A stretch of DNA of 43,860 bases from IMG/VR virus record IMGVR_UViG_3300030397_000543, positions 1 to 43,860 of that record; one strand, written 5' to 3'. How positions within the stretch are numbered: the first letter of the stretch is position 1; each line of letters opens with the position of its first letter. The translations under genes were made by a program, and so were the position numbers. Source of the stretch: a virus. Lineage: Duplodnaviria > Caudoviricetes. This document shows, in pieces, positions 9,173 to 17,591 of this stretch. The notes beneath the pieces are model-generated. The model did not search any database. It saw nothing but the letters and a program-made list of their open reading frames with translations, and was not told the origin of the DNA.

Positions 9173-9347
9173 AAGAGCGAAAGATTATCGGCAACGGTCT
9201 CAAGCGGCATTTGATATTCTCGTGAATTTAGGGCTAGTCCCTGATGAGGATTTTGTTAGCACTCGTGCTATTACTTATCTCAAGAAAAATGCCCTCAAAG
9301 TGGGCGACGACTATGTATTAATCGACAAGGAAGTGCCAATCGTATGA
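9150..9347 (+). pseudogene. Start-less gene fragment coupled to the ASCH gene
   Basis: +1 frame VEREQARERAKDY...KEVPIV ends in an ATGA overlap; no independent start or RBS visible. Confidence 0.4.
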
Positions 9348-9715
9348 TTTTTCAACATACCTTAGACAAGGTTCTCTCAGGACAAAAAACCCAAACCTCG
9401 CGTCTATGGCAAGACCATTGGGGCGGAGTCTTGGAAGCCAATAATAGCGTGACCGTTTTTAATGGCAATACAGGGCGTAGGCTTTACTATGCTGGGCAAA
9501 TACGGTCTGTTCAGGCAGGGCGCGGCGTAAAAGGGGTTGCCGAAATTGAGATATTGCGTGTGCGAAAATTGCAAGTGCTGAACTTTGAGCAGCGCGATAT
9601 TGAATTGGAAGGCTTCAATAATCGCCATGAATTTCTAGGCTTATGGCGTGAAATGCACCCTCACTTTATGGCGGTTGTTTTGAACTTTCGTTTAATAACC
9701 CTTTACAAAAAATAA
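9344..9715 (+). CDS. ASCH/PUA-like domain protein
   Basis: MIF...KVLSGQKTQTSR...DIELEGF...EFLGLW...VLNFRL. Confidence 0.8.
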   Translation: MIFQHTLDKVLSGQKTQTSRLWQDHWGGVLEANNSVTVFNGNTGRRLYYAGQIRSVQAGRGVKGVAEIEILRVRKLQVLNFEQRDIELEGFNNRHEFLGLWREMHPHFMAVVLNFRLITLYKK

Positions 9716-9730
9716 AAAGTAAAGTATCCT
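9702..9730 (+). promoter_or_regulatory. Conserved phage promoter copy
   Basis: CCC-TTTACA-17 bp-TATCCT, followed by an AATTCTAAGGAT RBS. Confidence 0.7.
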
Positions 9731-9762
9731 TCTGGTATTGTTAAATTCTAAGGATTAACCCG

Positions 9763-9966
9763 ATGACCGCACAAGAATATGTTCATCTTCATCAGTATTT
9801 ACAAAATGTTATTCGCCAACATTATCGGCTAAATTTTCCGCTTATGGCGCGGTGTGATAATTGCAACGCCATAGTGCCAAAAGGGGAATTGCGAACACGC
9901 TTCATGATTACTCGTTCAGCAAGCACTTGTGCGGCTTGTGACCGCGAATTAGAAAATTACGATTAA
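9763..9966 (+). CDS. Small zinc-finger protein
   Basis: CDNC...CAAC; TAAGGA RBS. Confidence 0.65.
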   Translation: MTAQEYVHLHQYLQNVIRQHYRLNFPLMARCDNCNAIVPKGELRTRFMITRSASTCAACDRELENYD

Positions 9967-9970
9967 CAAC

Positions 9971-10060
9971 GGGGATGAACGGATATGCTACCTGAACACC
10001 TTGATTGTCCCTTAACACAAGCATTCAGGTAAAACGGCGGTTCGATTCCGCCCATCTCCA
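9971..10060 (+). ncRNA. Minimal tmRNA-like RNA (tRNA-like domain only)
   Basis: GGGGATG/CATCTCC-A acceptor with G3:U70 and A73; GGCGG-TTCGATT-CCGCC T-arm; no D-stem; TACCTGAA/TTCAGGTA stem closes a short hairpin. Confidence 0.75.
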
Positions 10061-10090
10061 CTTATGTATATTTAACTAAGGATTAACCAA

Positions 10091-11080
10091 ATGAGCGATA
10101 AAACCCAAAAAATCATTGACGACCTGAAAGCGGTTATCAAAACTGAGGAAGCCCTAGAAATTGTCGATACAGACAAACTTGAAGCCCTCAAAGCCCAAGT
10201 TCGGGAATTGGAAGCATTATCGGATGACGGTATTCCGTTTGAACGTTCCGAAGTTGATGAATACATCACAGAAGCTAGAACAGGGAATAACAATCATCCT
10301 GGTATCGAAGGGCTTGCGCCTAATCTTGAAACGCCTGACGAAGAACAGGAAACGCCCGATGAAGGCAAGCTGATTATGGTCAGTAAGCTAAAAGGTCGCC
10401 CATTGGAAGAAATTTACGGCTATGTCGATACATTCAAAGAGACCGCAGAGAAATTAGGCGCTGATGAACTTGACCTTGTTCAACTGATGAACCAAGCGAT
10501 TGACCAATATAAACTCGCCCAGAAAGAATATGATACCTTCGTTGCTGGTAACAAAGACTTGTTCGATTTAAAAAGCACAATGTCTTTTGAACGTACAAAA
10601 ATGGAGCGTACTATTGCAGGTCTAGCCGCACGGTTTGCAGAACGCAATGTACGTATTCACGAAGGTGAAAAAGAGGGACTTTGGGATATTACGGTCAAAG
10701 ATGCCGATACTGTTCCAGACGGTGTAGGCTTCCAAATCAGCTATCAAATTAGTCCTGCGGCGCAGAATAAAAAAATCGAGGTCATTAACGACCCTGATTT
10801 AACTCAGTGGGCGGTGCGTTGGAATCAAACACTACTCGCAATCGACAAAAAGGTGATGGAACAACTTGTCAAAGACCCGATGGTTGCCCAAACGCTGAAT
10901 CTCATTCAAAGCGCCGTGACCTTAGATGCCAATAAGGTTGAAGATTACATGAAGCATTTGCGCGAATTATCGCTTGGCGACCAAACCCAAGAATTACTCC
11001 CCGTTGACATGCCCCCTGCAAGCATCAAGCCGTATATTCAACCAACTGTCGGCAAAATCTCCTATGAATTAGATTCCTAA
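10091..11080 (+). CDS. Hypothetical acidic coiled-coil protein; C-terminus weakly Gam/Gp157-like
   Basis: Strong CTAAGGAT RBS and 329-aa ORF; family resemblance is by eye only. Confidence 0.7.
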   Translation: MSDKTQKIIDDLKAVIKTEEALEIVDTDKLEALKAQVRELEALSDDGIPFERSEVDEYITEARTGNNNHPGIEGLAPNLETPDEEQETPDEGKLIMVSKLKGRPLEEIYGYVDTFKETAEKLGADELDLVQLMNQAIDQYKLAQKEYDTFVAGNKDLFDLKSTMSFERTKMERTIAGLAARFAERNVRIHEGEKEGLWDITVKDADTVPDGVGFQISYQISPAAQNKKIEVINDPDLTQWAVRWNQTLLAIDKKVMEQLVKDPMVAQTLNLIQSAVTLDANKVEDYMKHLRELSLGDQTQELLPVDMPPASIKPYIQPTVGKISYELDS

Positions 11081-11089
11081 TGGTTATTC

Positions 11090-11117
11090 GGGCGGTTATT
11101 TAACCGCCTTTATTTTT
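11090..11117 (+). terminator. Intrinsic terminator
   Basis: GGCGGTTA-tt-TAACCGCC followed by TTTATTTTT. Confidence 0.75.
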
Positions 11118-11138
11118 CAATCAAGAAAGGACAATGCA

Positions 11139-11798
11139 ATGTCAGACGTAAAAACGGAAACTGAAATTTGCGAATATTGCGGTTCGTTGGTTCGTGCCAA
11201 TGAGCTACCCGAAGATGAACAAGTTTATGATGACTGGTGTTTGTTTCGAGGGCATTGTGACGAATGCAAAAAAGTAGTCAATTTAGCCGTGCCTGATAAC
11301 CCGAACAACGAAAACGAATATTCCATCTTTTGCGGCACTTGCGAGAATACGTATCGTTTGTTGCAAGAATATCGGGTTGATGAACCTACATCAATCGGTG
11401 GACATTGCCCATATTGCCAGTCCTACAACGAAACTGAAATTAGCGATGAAACGCCCTACGTTAAAACCTTGCCGTCTAATTTTGTCCAAAAAGCGACCTA
11501 TGGCACGGACGCAAGCATTCTCTTTGAGAAAAATCACGCCAAATTAGGCTTGTTATTGAGCAAAGCGGCGCAACTCAAGCAAGATTTCAAGGTTCACTTT
11601 CATACTGATTTAGACCGTATTACCATTACGGTTGATTTTGATATACCGATTCGCAACGAAATGGTGACGTATATCGCAGAATTAGATTTACAGTGGTCAG
11701 TAACAGGAAGTGTTGTTGTGTTTATCGGTAAGGACGTGCCAAGCTATTTGCGCGTAACCATTGAATACCACGAGGATTCAACCGTAGTTTCGGACTAA
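11139..11798 (+). CDS. Multi-zinc-ribbon protein
   Basis: CEYC, CDEC, CGTC and CPYC motifs in the N-terminal half; AAAGGA RBS. Confidence 0.7.
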   Translation: MSDVKTETEICEYCGSLVRANELPEDEQVYDDWCLFRGHCDECKKVVNLAVPDNPNNENEYSIFCGTCENTYRLLQEYRVDEPTSIGGHCPYCQSYNETEISDETPYVKTLPSNFVQKATYGTDASILFEKNHAKLGLLLSKAAQLKQDFKVHFHTDLDRITITVDFDIPIRNEMVTYIAELDLQWSVTGSVVVFIGKDVPSYLRVTIEYHEDSTVVSD

Positions 11799-12083
11799 GA
11801 TTTCGATAAACCCTTCAAAGATACTCCCATCGTCAGTTGTGATGGTGTTGACTAAGGTATATTTGACACCATCATCTCCGCCTGAAACTTTCACAACCGC
11901 ACGAGTATTGTTATTGTCCACGCTCTCTTGCGTTAAGGTCAAGCCTGACGGACTAGAAGCCCACGCACTGGTATTAATTTCATCCCCATCCCCATCGTCT
12001 TCGGACGCGAGTAAATCTGCCCAATTGATGAAATAAGGAAATTCCTCAGCTACGGTTTTTTCAAAATACTGATTGTCACTCAT
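11778..12083 (-). CDS. Small tail / fibre adaptor protein
   Basis: YFINWADLL...AVVKVSGG..G.KYTLVNTITT.DG pattern typical of small beta-sandwich proteins after fibre genes. Confidence 0.7.
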   Translation of the reverse strand: MSDNQYFEKTVAEEFPYFINWADLLASEDDGDGDEINTSAWASSPSGLTLTQESVDNNNTRAVVKVSGGDDGVKYTLVNTITTDDGSIFEGFIEILVRNYG

Positions 12084-14899
12084 CGGTCATCCCTTACTGT
12101 ATAAATTCGATTTCGCGCACTTGGAGTATGGGTGCGTTTGCGTATGCGCGGCGTGTAAGTACGCACACTGACAGGCACAGTGTAGCCTCTATCATCGTCA
12201 GGTTTTAGACCTTGAAAGATGGTCAAGCCATACACAACGGACGCACTACTAATAAAGCCTAGCGATACATTCAATTCTAGCACAAGCGGATAGAGCGTAT
12301 TGCTTGAGGCAATATGCCCAAGGGAAACGGTCATTGCTGCATCAGGACCATATAGCGTCGTTGTCGTTGCAATAAACCCAAGCGCAATACTTTGTTCAAC
12401 ACCAACCGTTAAGGGGTACAAAACCGTTTCGCTTGCAATATGCCCGATGGAAATAGTCTGCTTTGGTAAAACAGTCGGGCTATAGAGTGCCGTGTCGTCT
12501 GTAATAAAGCCTAAGCTAACCGTCGATTCACTATCCAAGCTATGAATCGCACTCGCTGAGGGAATATGCGTCAAATTAATTTGCGGTTCTTCGGCAGCCG
12601 TTAAACTATAGACTGTTGACGCATCGGCAATAAAGCCAAGTGCGACATTCAAATCGTCGGATACGATAGGCGCATAAACAACCGTTTCGGAAGCAATAAA
12701 GCCGAGATTGATTTCTAATACAAATTCGGGCGCGTATAGGACACTATCGGAAGCAATAAAGCCCAAATCAATTTGTGGCTCAACCGTTGCACTCAAACTA
12801 TAACTTTGGCTATTACTGCTAATATGCCCTAAACGAACTTCTAGTTCACTGTCTAAACTATGAATCGCCGTTTCGGAAGCAATAAAGCCTAAGTTAATTT
12901 GCGGTTCTTCGGCAGCAGACAGACTGTAGACAAGCGTATCGCTATCAATATGACCCAATACAGCCTCAGATAGTGTTGCGACGCTAAAAAGGGTAGTTTC
13001 GCTTGAAATGTGTGTCAGATTAATTTGCGGTTCTTCGGTAGCTGCCAAACTGTACAACGCCGTATTTGACGCGATATGTCCTAGTGCGATTCCTAAGTCG
13101 CTACTCGCTTCAAGTGCGTAAACAGTCGTATCACTCGCAATATGCCCTAATACAACGTTAGATACAACATCGGGCGCGTGATTAACCGATTCGGACGTAA
13201 TATGCCCTAATGCGATGGTTAAGGCAGGGCTAGGGCTATAGAGTGCTGTTGTCGAGGGGATATGCCCCAAATTAACTTGCGGTTCAACACTAGCCGTTAC
13301 AGCGTGTAACGCTGTTTCGGAAGCAATAAAGCCTAAATCGACTTGAACATCAACATCCGCCGTCACACTATGAACAGCCGTATCGGATGCAATATGCCCT
13401 AAATTAATCTCTAATGCCGCTTCTAGCCCGTGAATCGCAGTATCGGACGCGATAAACCCAAGATTAACTTGCGGTTCTTCGGCAACTGTCGGACTGTGCA
13501 ACGCCGTATTTGAGGCAATAAGCCCCAAAATCGCCTCTAAATTCAATTTCGGACTGTATAGGGCTGAGGATTGGGCGATAAAACCCAAATTAACCCCTAA
13601 ATCGGGCGTTACGGTCAAACTATAGACGTTTGTAGATGCGGAAATGAAGCCTAAATTGACTTGTGGCTCAACACTCGCATCTAAACTATGGATACTTGTC
13701 CCTGACGTGACAAACCCAAGATTGACTTCCGATTCTGCCTTGACTGCATGACTCGACGTGGACGATGCAATAAAGCCTATGTTTATCGTCTGGTCACTTG
13801 CTGGTGGGTCTCCGATGATATGCTCATCGTATTCTTCTGTTCCGCCTTGTGTATACAAGTACGCCAACACAACCTTTGGCGTATCGTTTACAAAGATGTT
13901 TGCCCCTGCAATGTTGTCGATATAGACACTGTTATAGACTTCGGTAACTGTACCCGTTGAGCCTTGTACAACATTCAAATCGTCTTGCGCGTCTGAAAAC
14001 ACACACCAAAAATCCGCATTATAGGTGTCTGCGGCAATCTCAAATTCGCCATCGTAATTGTTGGTTTCGCCCGAAACATCGTACTCCGCACCAGGAGTAC
14101 CGTCATTTACGATATTGGAGGCATAAATATAGTCGTTTGAATTTTTTTGCCACGCGCAGACAATGGTTTCATCACCGCCATCATCATAGTAGCAAATCGC
14201 TGTGGAAGGCGTAAAATCGACCACTGTATCGTTGACCTGTTGGGCGCTAGATAGGGTGTCCGAACTATTCAGGGATTTATGCTGTAAATCGTAATAGCCT
14301 GTTTCGTCCAAATAGAAGAAATGTACCTTGTCGCTTTCGCCAAGCACACAACGAGGGTTATTCCAATAGCCCCAACTACCGTCATCAACCGTATTTCCTG
14401 TTGTCCAAGTCCCACCTGTAGACCGTTTGGCGTAAGATACACCGTCTGTTCCTGAATTATCCTCCACATAAAGAACAATTACTGTGCCATCTGAACGCAC
14501 GGCAATATCAGCGCCTTCAACATCAACATTATTGGCGTTGAGAATTAATTCAGCGTCAATATCCCATGTGTCCGTATCCATGTCAAAGGTATGGTAATAG
14601 ATACCGCCGTTTGCGCTCCCAGCAGACTCCGACGCGGTGACGATATGCAATACATCATCGACCTGAACAACATTGACGCAAACAATCGCGTGGGGAACAG
14701 TCGGGCGGTTGCTTGAATCGTTCTCAGACCATGTATTATCGCCATTATCCGCACTGAGACAAACTAAGGTCGTATTGTCGGATGACAACAAGGCAACCGC
14801 GTAATGGTCGCCATTAGAAGCCCGCACGGGACCATATCGTTGCGTGTTACTCGCTTGTCCGTTAAATTGAACTCCCGAAAGCGCTCTTGGTAAAGCCAT
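12080..14899 (-). CDS. Fibre-like protein: N-terminal beta-propeller-like domain plus 25 LG[FH]IAS repeats
   Basis: Asp-box-like SADNGDNTWSE; 25 counted repeats of about 19-24 aa; basic C-terminus; located in the distal tail module. Confidence 0.7.
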   Translation of the reverse strand: MALPRALSGVQFNGQASNTQRYGPVRASNGDHYAVALLSSDNTTLVCLSADNGDNTWSENDSSNRPTVPHAIVCVNVVQVDDVLHIVTASESAGSANGGIYYHTFDMDTDTWDIDAELILNANNVDVEGADIAVRSDGTVIVLYVEDNSGTDGVSYAKRSTGGTWTTGNTVDDGSWGYWNNPRCVLGESDKVHFFYLDETGYYDLQHKSLNSSDTLSSAQQVNDTVVDFTPSTAICYYDDGGDETIVCAWQKNSNDYIYASNIVNDGTPGAEYDVSGETNNYDGEFEIAADTYNADFWCVFSDAQDDLNVVQGSTGTVTEVYNSVYIDNIAGANIFVNDTPKVVLAYLYTQGGTEEYDEHIIGDPPASDQTINIGFIASSTSSHAVKAESEVNLGFVTSGTSIHSLDASVEPQVNLGFISASTNVYSLTVTPDLGVNLGFIAQSSALYSPKLNLEAILGLIASNTALHSPTVAEEPQVNLGFIASDTAIHGLEAALEINLGHIASDTAVHSVTADVDVQVDLGFIASETALHAVTASVEPQVNLGHIPSTTALYSPSPALTIALGHITSESVNHAPDVVSNVVLGHIASDTTVYALEASSDLGIALGHIASNTALYSLAATEEPQINLTHISSETTLFSVATLSEAVLGHIDSDTLVYSLSAAEEPQINLGFIASETAIHSLDSELEVRLGHISSNSQSYSLSATVEPQIDLGFIASDSVLYAPEFVLEINLGFIASETVVYAPIVSDDLNVALGFIADASTVYSLTAAEEPQINLTHIPSASAIHSLDSESTVSLGFITDDTALYSPTVLPKQTISIGHIASETVLYPLTVGVEQSIALGFIATTTTLYGPDAAMTVSLGHIASSNTLYPLVLELNVSLGFISSASVVYGLTIFQGLKPDDDRGYTVPVSVRTYTPRIRKRTHTPSARNRIYTVRDDR

Positions 14900-15622
14900 T
14901 TACGCGCCTCCGAACACTCGCAGCGATAAGTTGTCAATCCAATAGTGAGATGAATTTTCGTTAAGCCATTCTGCAAGGGTTTTTGCCGCCCATCCTCGTT
15001 CGATTAGCGGCTGAATCCGTTTGTCCCGAATTTGATTAAATTTCGGCATATCTCTTGGATTCATATTGTCTGGTGGGGAAGGGGTAACATTCACAAAATG
15101 AACAATGCGCGTATTTCGTGTTACGAACGGCGCTAAATTTGTTCTTGCAAGTGACCGTTCGGTTGCACTCATGCTAATCATCACACCGTCATCAATCACC
15201 AAATCAAATTTACTGAGGGACGTTGTGTTGATTATTTTTGTTCCCAATGCTGCATCGAGTACGGACACATTATAGATTTTGTCTGCTATTTCGGGGTATA
15301 GCGGCACAACCTGTTTGGCTTTATTGGCATGGATATACGGACTATTGTCTATGCCCCAAAGGTTTGCGATTGGCGACCCATTGAAACGCATCGCAGCCAT
15401 AAGGTAGCCAAAACCAGCACCAACAATTAAGACAGTTGCGGTATCGCGCCACAGATTATTATCTGCAAGCGTTTTAACCTTGTCCAACCATGGTTTATAG
15501 GGTGTACGCGATACATATCGCGCATATTGTCTACCATAGTACAAGGTCGCATCTCTGTTTGTGGGTGCGAAGCGTGCTTTACACTGATATAAATCGTCAA
15601 AATCTTGTTTTGTCCAAGGCAT
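14900..15622 (-). CDS. Class I SAM-dependent methyltransferase-like protein
   Basis: VLIVGAGFGYL (motif I), WGIDNS (motif II), KFDLVI. Confidence 0.7.
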   Translation of the reverse strand: MPWTKQDFDDLYQCKARFAPTNRDATLYYGRQYARYVSRTPYKPWLDKVKTLADNNLWRDTATVLIVGAGFGYLMAAMRFNGSPIANLWGIDNSPYIHANKAKQVVPLYPEIADKIYNVSVLDAALGTKIINTTSLSKFDLVIDDGVMISMSATERSLARTNLAPFVTRNTRIVHFVNVTPSPPDNMNPRDMPKFNQIRDKRIQPLIERGWAAKTLAEWLNENSSHYWIDNLSLRVFGGA

Positions 15623-16027
15623 TTAGCCTCCCAAAAGCATTTTCCCTGTGCTTTTGATATGCCCCAACTGCACAGCGAGAGTCGGGCGTTCAATTTCGGC
15701 AATGAGTTCAAACCCTTTGGTCGTCAGGCTTTGATTTACGTCAATATAACCTAAGCCAAGCAAAAATTGTGCGTGGCGAAAGTCAATCCCTTTATGATTC
15801 GACAAGCGTTTTAAGCATTCAAACATCATCAATTTTTCAACCTGTAACCAGTTGAAAATGACCTGCCGTTTTAGGTCAATTGCCTGTAAGCGAATGCTTG
15901 CCAATTCCTGCTTCATAGACGGCGCATAATACCAATAGGCGGACGTAAGAGTCGGGTGCAAATTTAAGGGCTGTATTCGCACCCTATCGCCATCTGCGAA
16001 TGCTTCTATGACTTGATAGCGTAGCAT
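15623..16027 (-). CDS. Hypothetical protein
   Basis: Tightly coupled ORF; winged-helix-like LGLGYID...LTTKG; ends in LGHIKST. Confidence 0.6.
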   Translation of the reverse strand: MLRYQVIEAFADGDRVRIQPLNLHPTLTSAYWYYAPSMKQELASIRLQAIDLKRQVIFNWLQVEKLMMFECLKRLSNHKGIDFRHAQFLLGLGYIDVNQSLTTKGFELIAEIERPTLAVQLGHIKSTGKMLLGG

Positions 16028-16422
16028 TATAAATCGAACAATCCGCTTGCATTGACGGTGACGTTAATATCGTTCCCGTTAGGCGTAACGCTAATATCAT
16101 ACTTCAACATCACGCGAGAAGTTGTATCTGTGCCTGTGTCGCCCCAAATGACCAGCAAGTCGATTGCCGCGCCCGAAGGCACATTTGTGAATACGAAGTC
16201 ATCAGCATCGACATTGTTGCCTGATACAGTCGGATTCAAAAATGCAGAGGCTTCCTGCACAGGCGTTGTCACGTCATTATAAAAGTCGTCATTCGCCTGA
16301 CTTGGCGTGTAGGTTGAGCTACGAACAAGGCTTGCGCTAATATTGGTGGTATCCCAATCAACAAAATTTGCCCCGTTGGTCAGCAGCGAATTTTTATACG
16401 GTGTATAAACAAAATCTGCCAT
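16027..16422 (-). CDS. Minor tail protein
   Basis: VDWDTTNISASLV...DADDFVF...TPNGNDINVTVNASGLFDL is a common phage tail-associated family; start reassigned to ATG 16422 with a GGAG RBS. Confidence 0.75.
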   Translation of the reverse strand: MADFVYTPYKNSLLTNGANFVDWDTTNISASLVRSSTYTPSQANDDFYNDVTTPVQEASAFLNPTVSGNNVDADDFVFTNVPSGAAIDLLVIWGDTGTDTTSRVMLKYDISVTPNGNDINVTVNASGLFDL

Positions 16423-16450
16423 GATATATTCTCCATTTATTGACAAGCAA

Positions 16451-16459
16451 ATTATAGCA
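16451..16459 (-). promoter_or_regulatory. Extended -10 promoter
   Basis: TGCTATAAT just downstream of a terminator and upstream of the RBS. Confidence 0.55.
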
Positions 16460-16464
16460 CACAA

Positions 16465-16495
16465 CAAAAAAAGGGCGCACGTATGCACCCTTTTG
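16465..16495 (-). terminator. Intrinsic terminator
   Basis: AAGGGTGC-atacgt-GCGCCCTT plus T-run on the minus strand. Confidence 0.7.
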
Positions 16496-16511
16496 ACGGT
16501 CTCTATAGCAG

Positions 16512-17045
16512 CTATATTGGCGGCAATTCCCGTGTATTGGGGTCATTGTCCGACAAGTTCTTGAGAAATTCCAACAGATTCTTCGGATAATCGTGTTCGC
16601 TCCGTTCTACCGCATCATCAAACCAGTCCAGTGTATCGTTGAAAATATGACGATGCTTTGCTGGCACGACCTTAAATAGACGTTCTGAGAAGTCAAAAAA
16701 CTCAGCACTACGTGTTAGTTGCTCTGTGGAACGGTTTAAGCCCGACTCAAACGCTGAACGCCACGTCTTGTTATTCTGCCATCCTGTAACTGAACCATAA
16801 ATAAATAAGCCAAGTGCAATCACAATGACCATGAACACCGATTCAGACAATCCGAACACTTTAGGCGTTTCGGGTGTTGGTACGACAACCGTTGTCCCAT
16901 CATCGGTTTCAATAATCTCAACCGTTGAAACAGGTTCAGGCGTGGTTTCTTGCGCGAAAATAGCAGCAACGCCAACTTGGAATACAATTATTCCGATAAG
17001 TAGCACGTACAAGATAGGGCGTAACGTTAGCCATAGTTTAAGCAT
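16512..17045 (-). CDS. Exported / membrane-anchored protein, possibly lysis-related
   Basis: Signal-peptide-like N-terminus ending ...IFA-QETTPEP, then a second TM segment. Confidence 0.65.
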   Translation of the reverse strand: MLKLWLTLRPILYVLLIGIIVFQVGVAAIFAQETTPEPVSTVEIIETDDGTTVVVPTPETPKVFGLSESVFMVIVIALGLFIYGSVTGWQNNKTWRSAFESGLNRSTEQLTRSAEFFDFSERLFKVVPAKHRHIFNDTLDWFDDAVERSEHDYPKNLLEFLKNLSDNDPNTRELPPI

Positions 17046-17085
17046 GGAAGATTCCTCACTAATTTTTGAACAATTGAACAGCGCT

Positions 17086-17094
17086 ATTATAACA
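17086..17094 (-). promoter_or_regulatory. Extended -10 promoter
   Basis: TGTTATAAT in the intergenic gap. Confidence 0.5.
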
Positions 17095-17096
17095 CA

Positions 17097-17591
17097 CTAG
17101 GGCTTGTCCGATTCTTGCTCATCTTCTTCGGGCAATTCGGCAACGAGTCGGGTTAATTCGTCTGTCGTGACCTTATACCCTTGTTTGGTTAGCAGGTTTT
17201 TTAGCACGCGCACTTCTTTTTGAAGCCGTTTTATTTTGCGTGTTTTTTCGTTATTTTGTTCCGTTAGGAAACTAATTTTCTCTGCCATTTTATCCACTTT
17301 TTCAGCAATTGCGCTTTCGGCTTTTTCGCGCTTTTGCTGCTCATCTTCTTGGTTTTTTTCGATTTTATCCAGACGGTCTAATAAGCGTTCGGATACTTGC
17401 GCCGTTGCCAAGACAGCCTCAACCGATTGGCGAATATCGTCATTGCCAAGACCGTTCGTTTCTGTATGGCGTGCGCGGCGATTCCGCTTGGCACGATTGA
17501 TAATCGGTTTGTCATCATCTCTAGGGCGGATTGTGAGAAAAAACCACCCAATTGACACCCCGATAAGAGTTGCTATGGCTTCGAGTGTCAT
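17097..17591 (-). CDS. Membrane-anchored coiled-coil protein, lysis-cassette-like
   Basis: N-terminal TM segment and long heptad region. Confidence 0.65.
   Translation of the reverse strand: MTLEAIATLIGVSIGWFFLTIRPRDDDKPIINRAKRNRRARHTETNGLGNDDIRQSVEAVLATAQVSERLLDRLDKIEKNQEDEQQKREKAESAIAEKVDKMAEKISFLTEQNNEKTRKIKRLQKEVRVLKNLLTKQGYKVTTDELTRLVAELPEEDEQESDKP

Noticed and set aside
10030-10060. Simple attP remnant (tmRNA 3' end)
   Set aside because: The matching 5' end and a paired internal stem are also present, and no integrase is adjacent. A secondary att role cannot be fully excluded.
9971-10060. Two-piece (permuted) tmRNA
   Set aside because: The ends are in standard 5'-then-3' order, and no tag ORF or pseudoknots were found in the short flanks.
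12220-13790. Diversity-generating retroelement TR/VR pair or CRISPR array in the fibre gene
   Set aside because: The repeats are in-frame protein repeats with general divergence rather than adenine-specific changes, and no reverse transcriptase is present.
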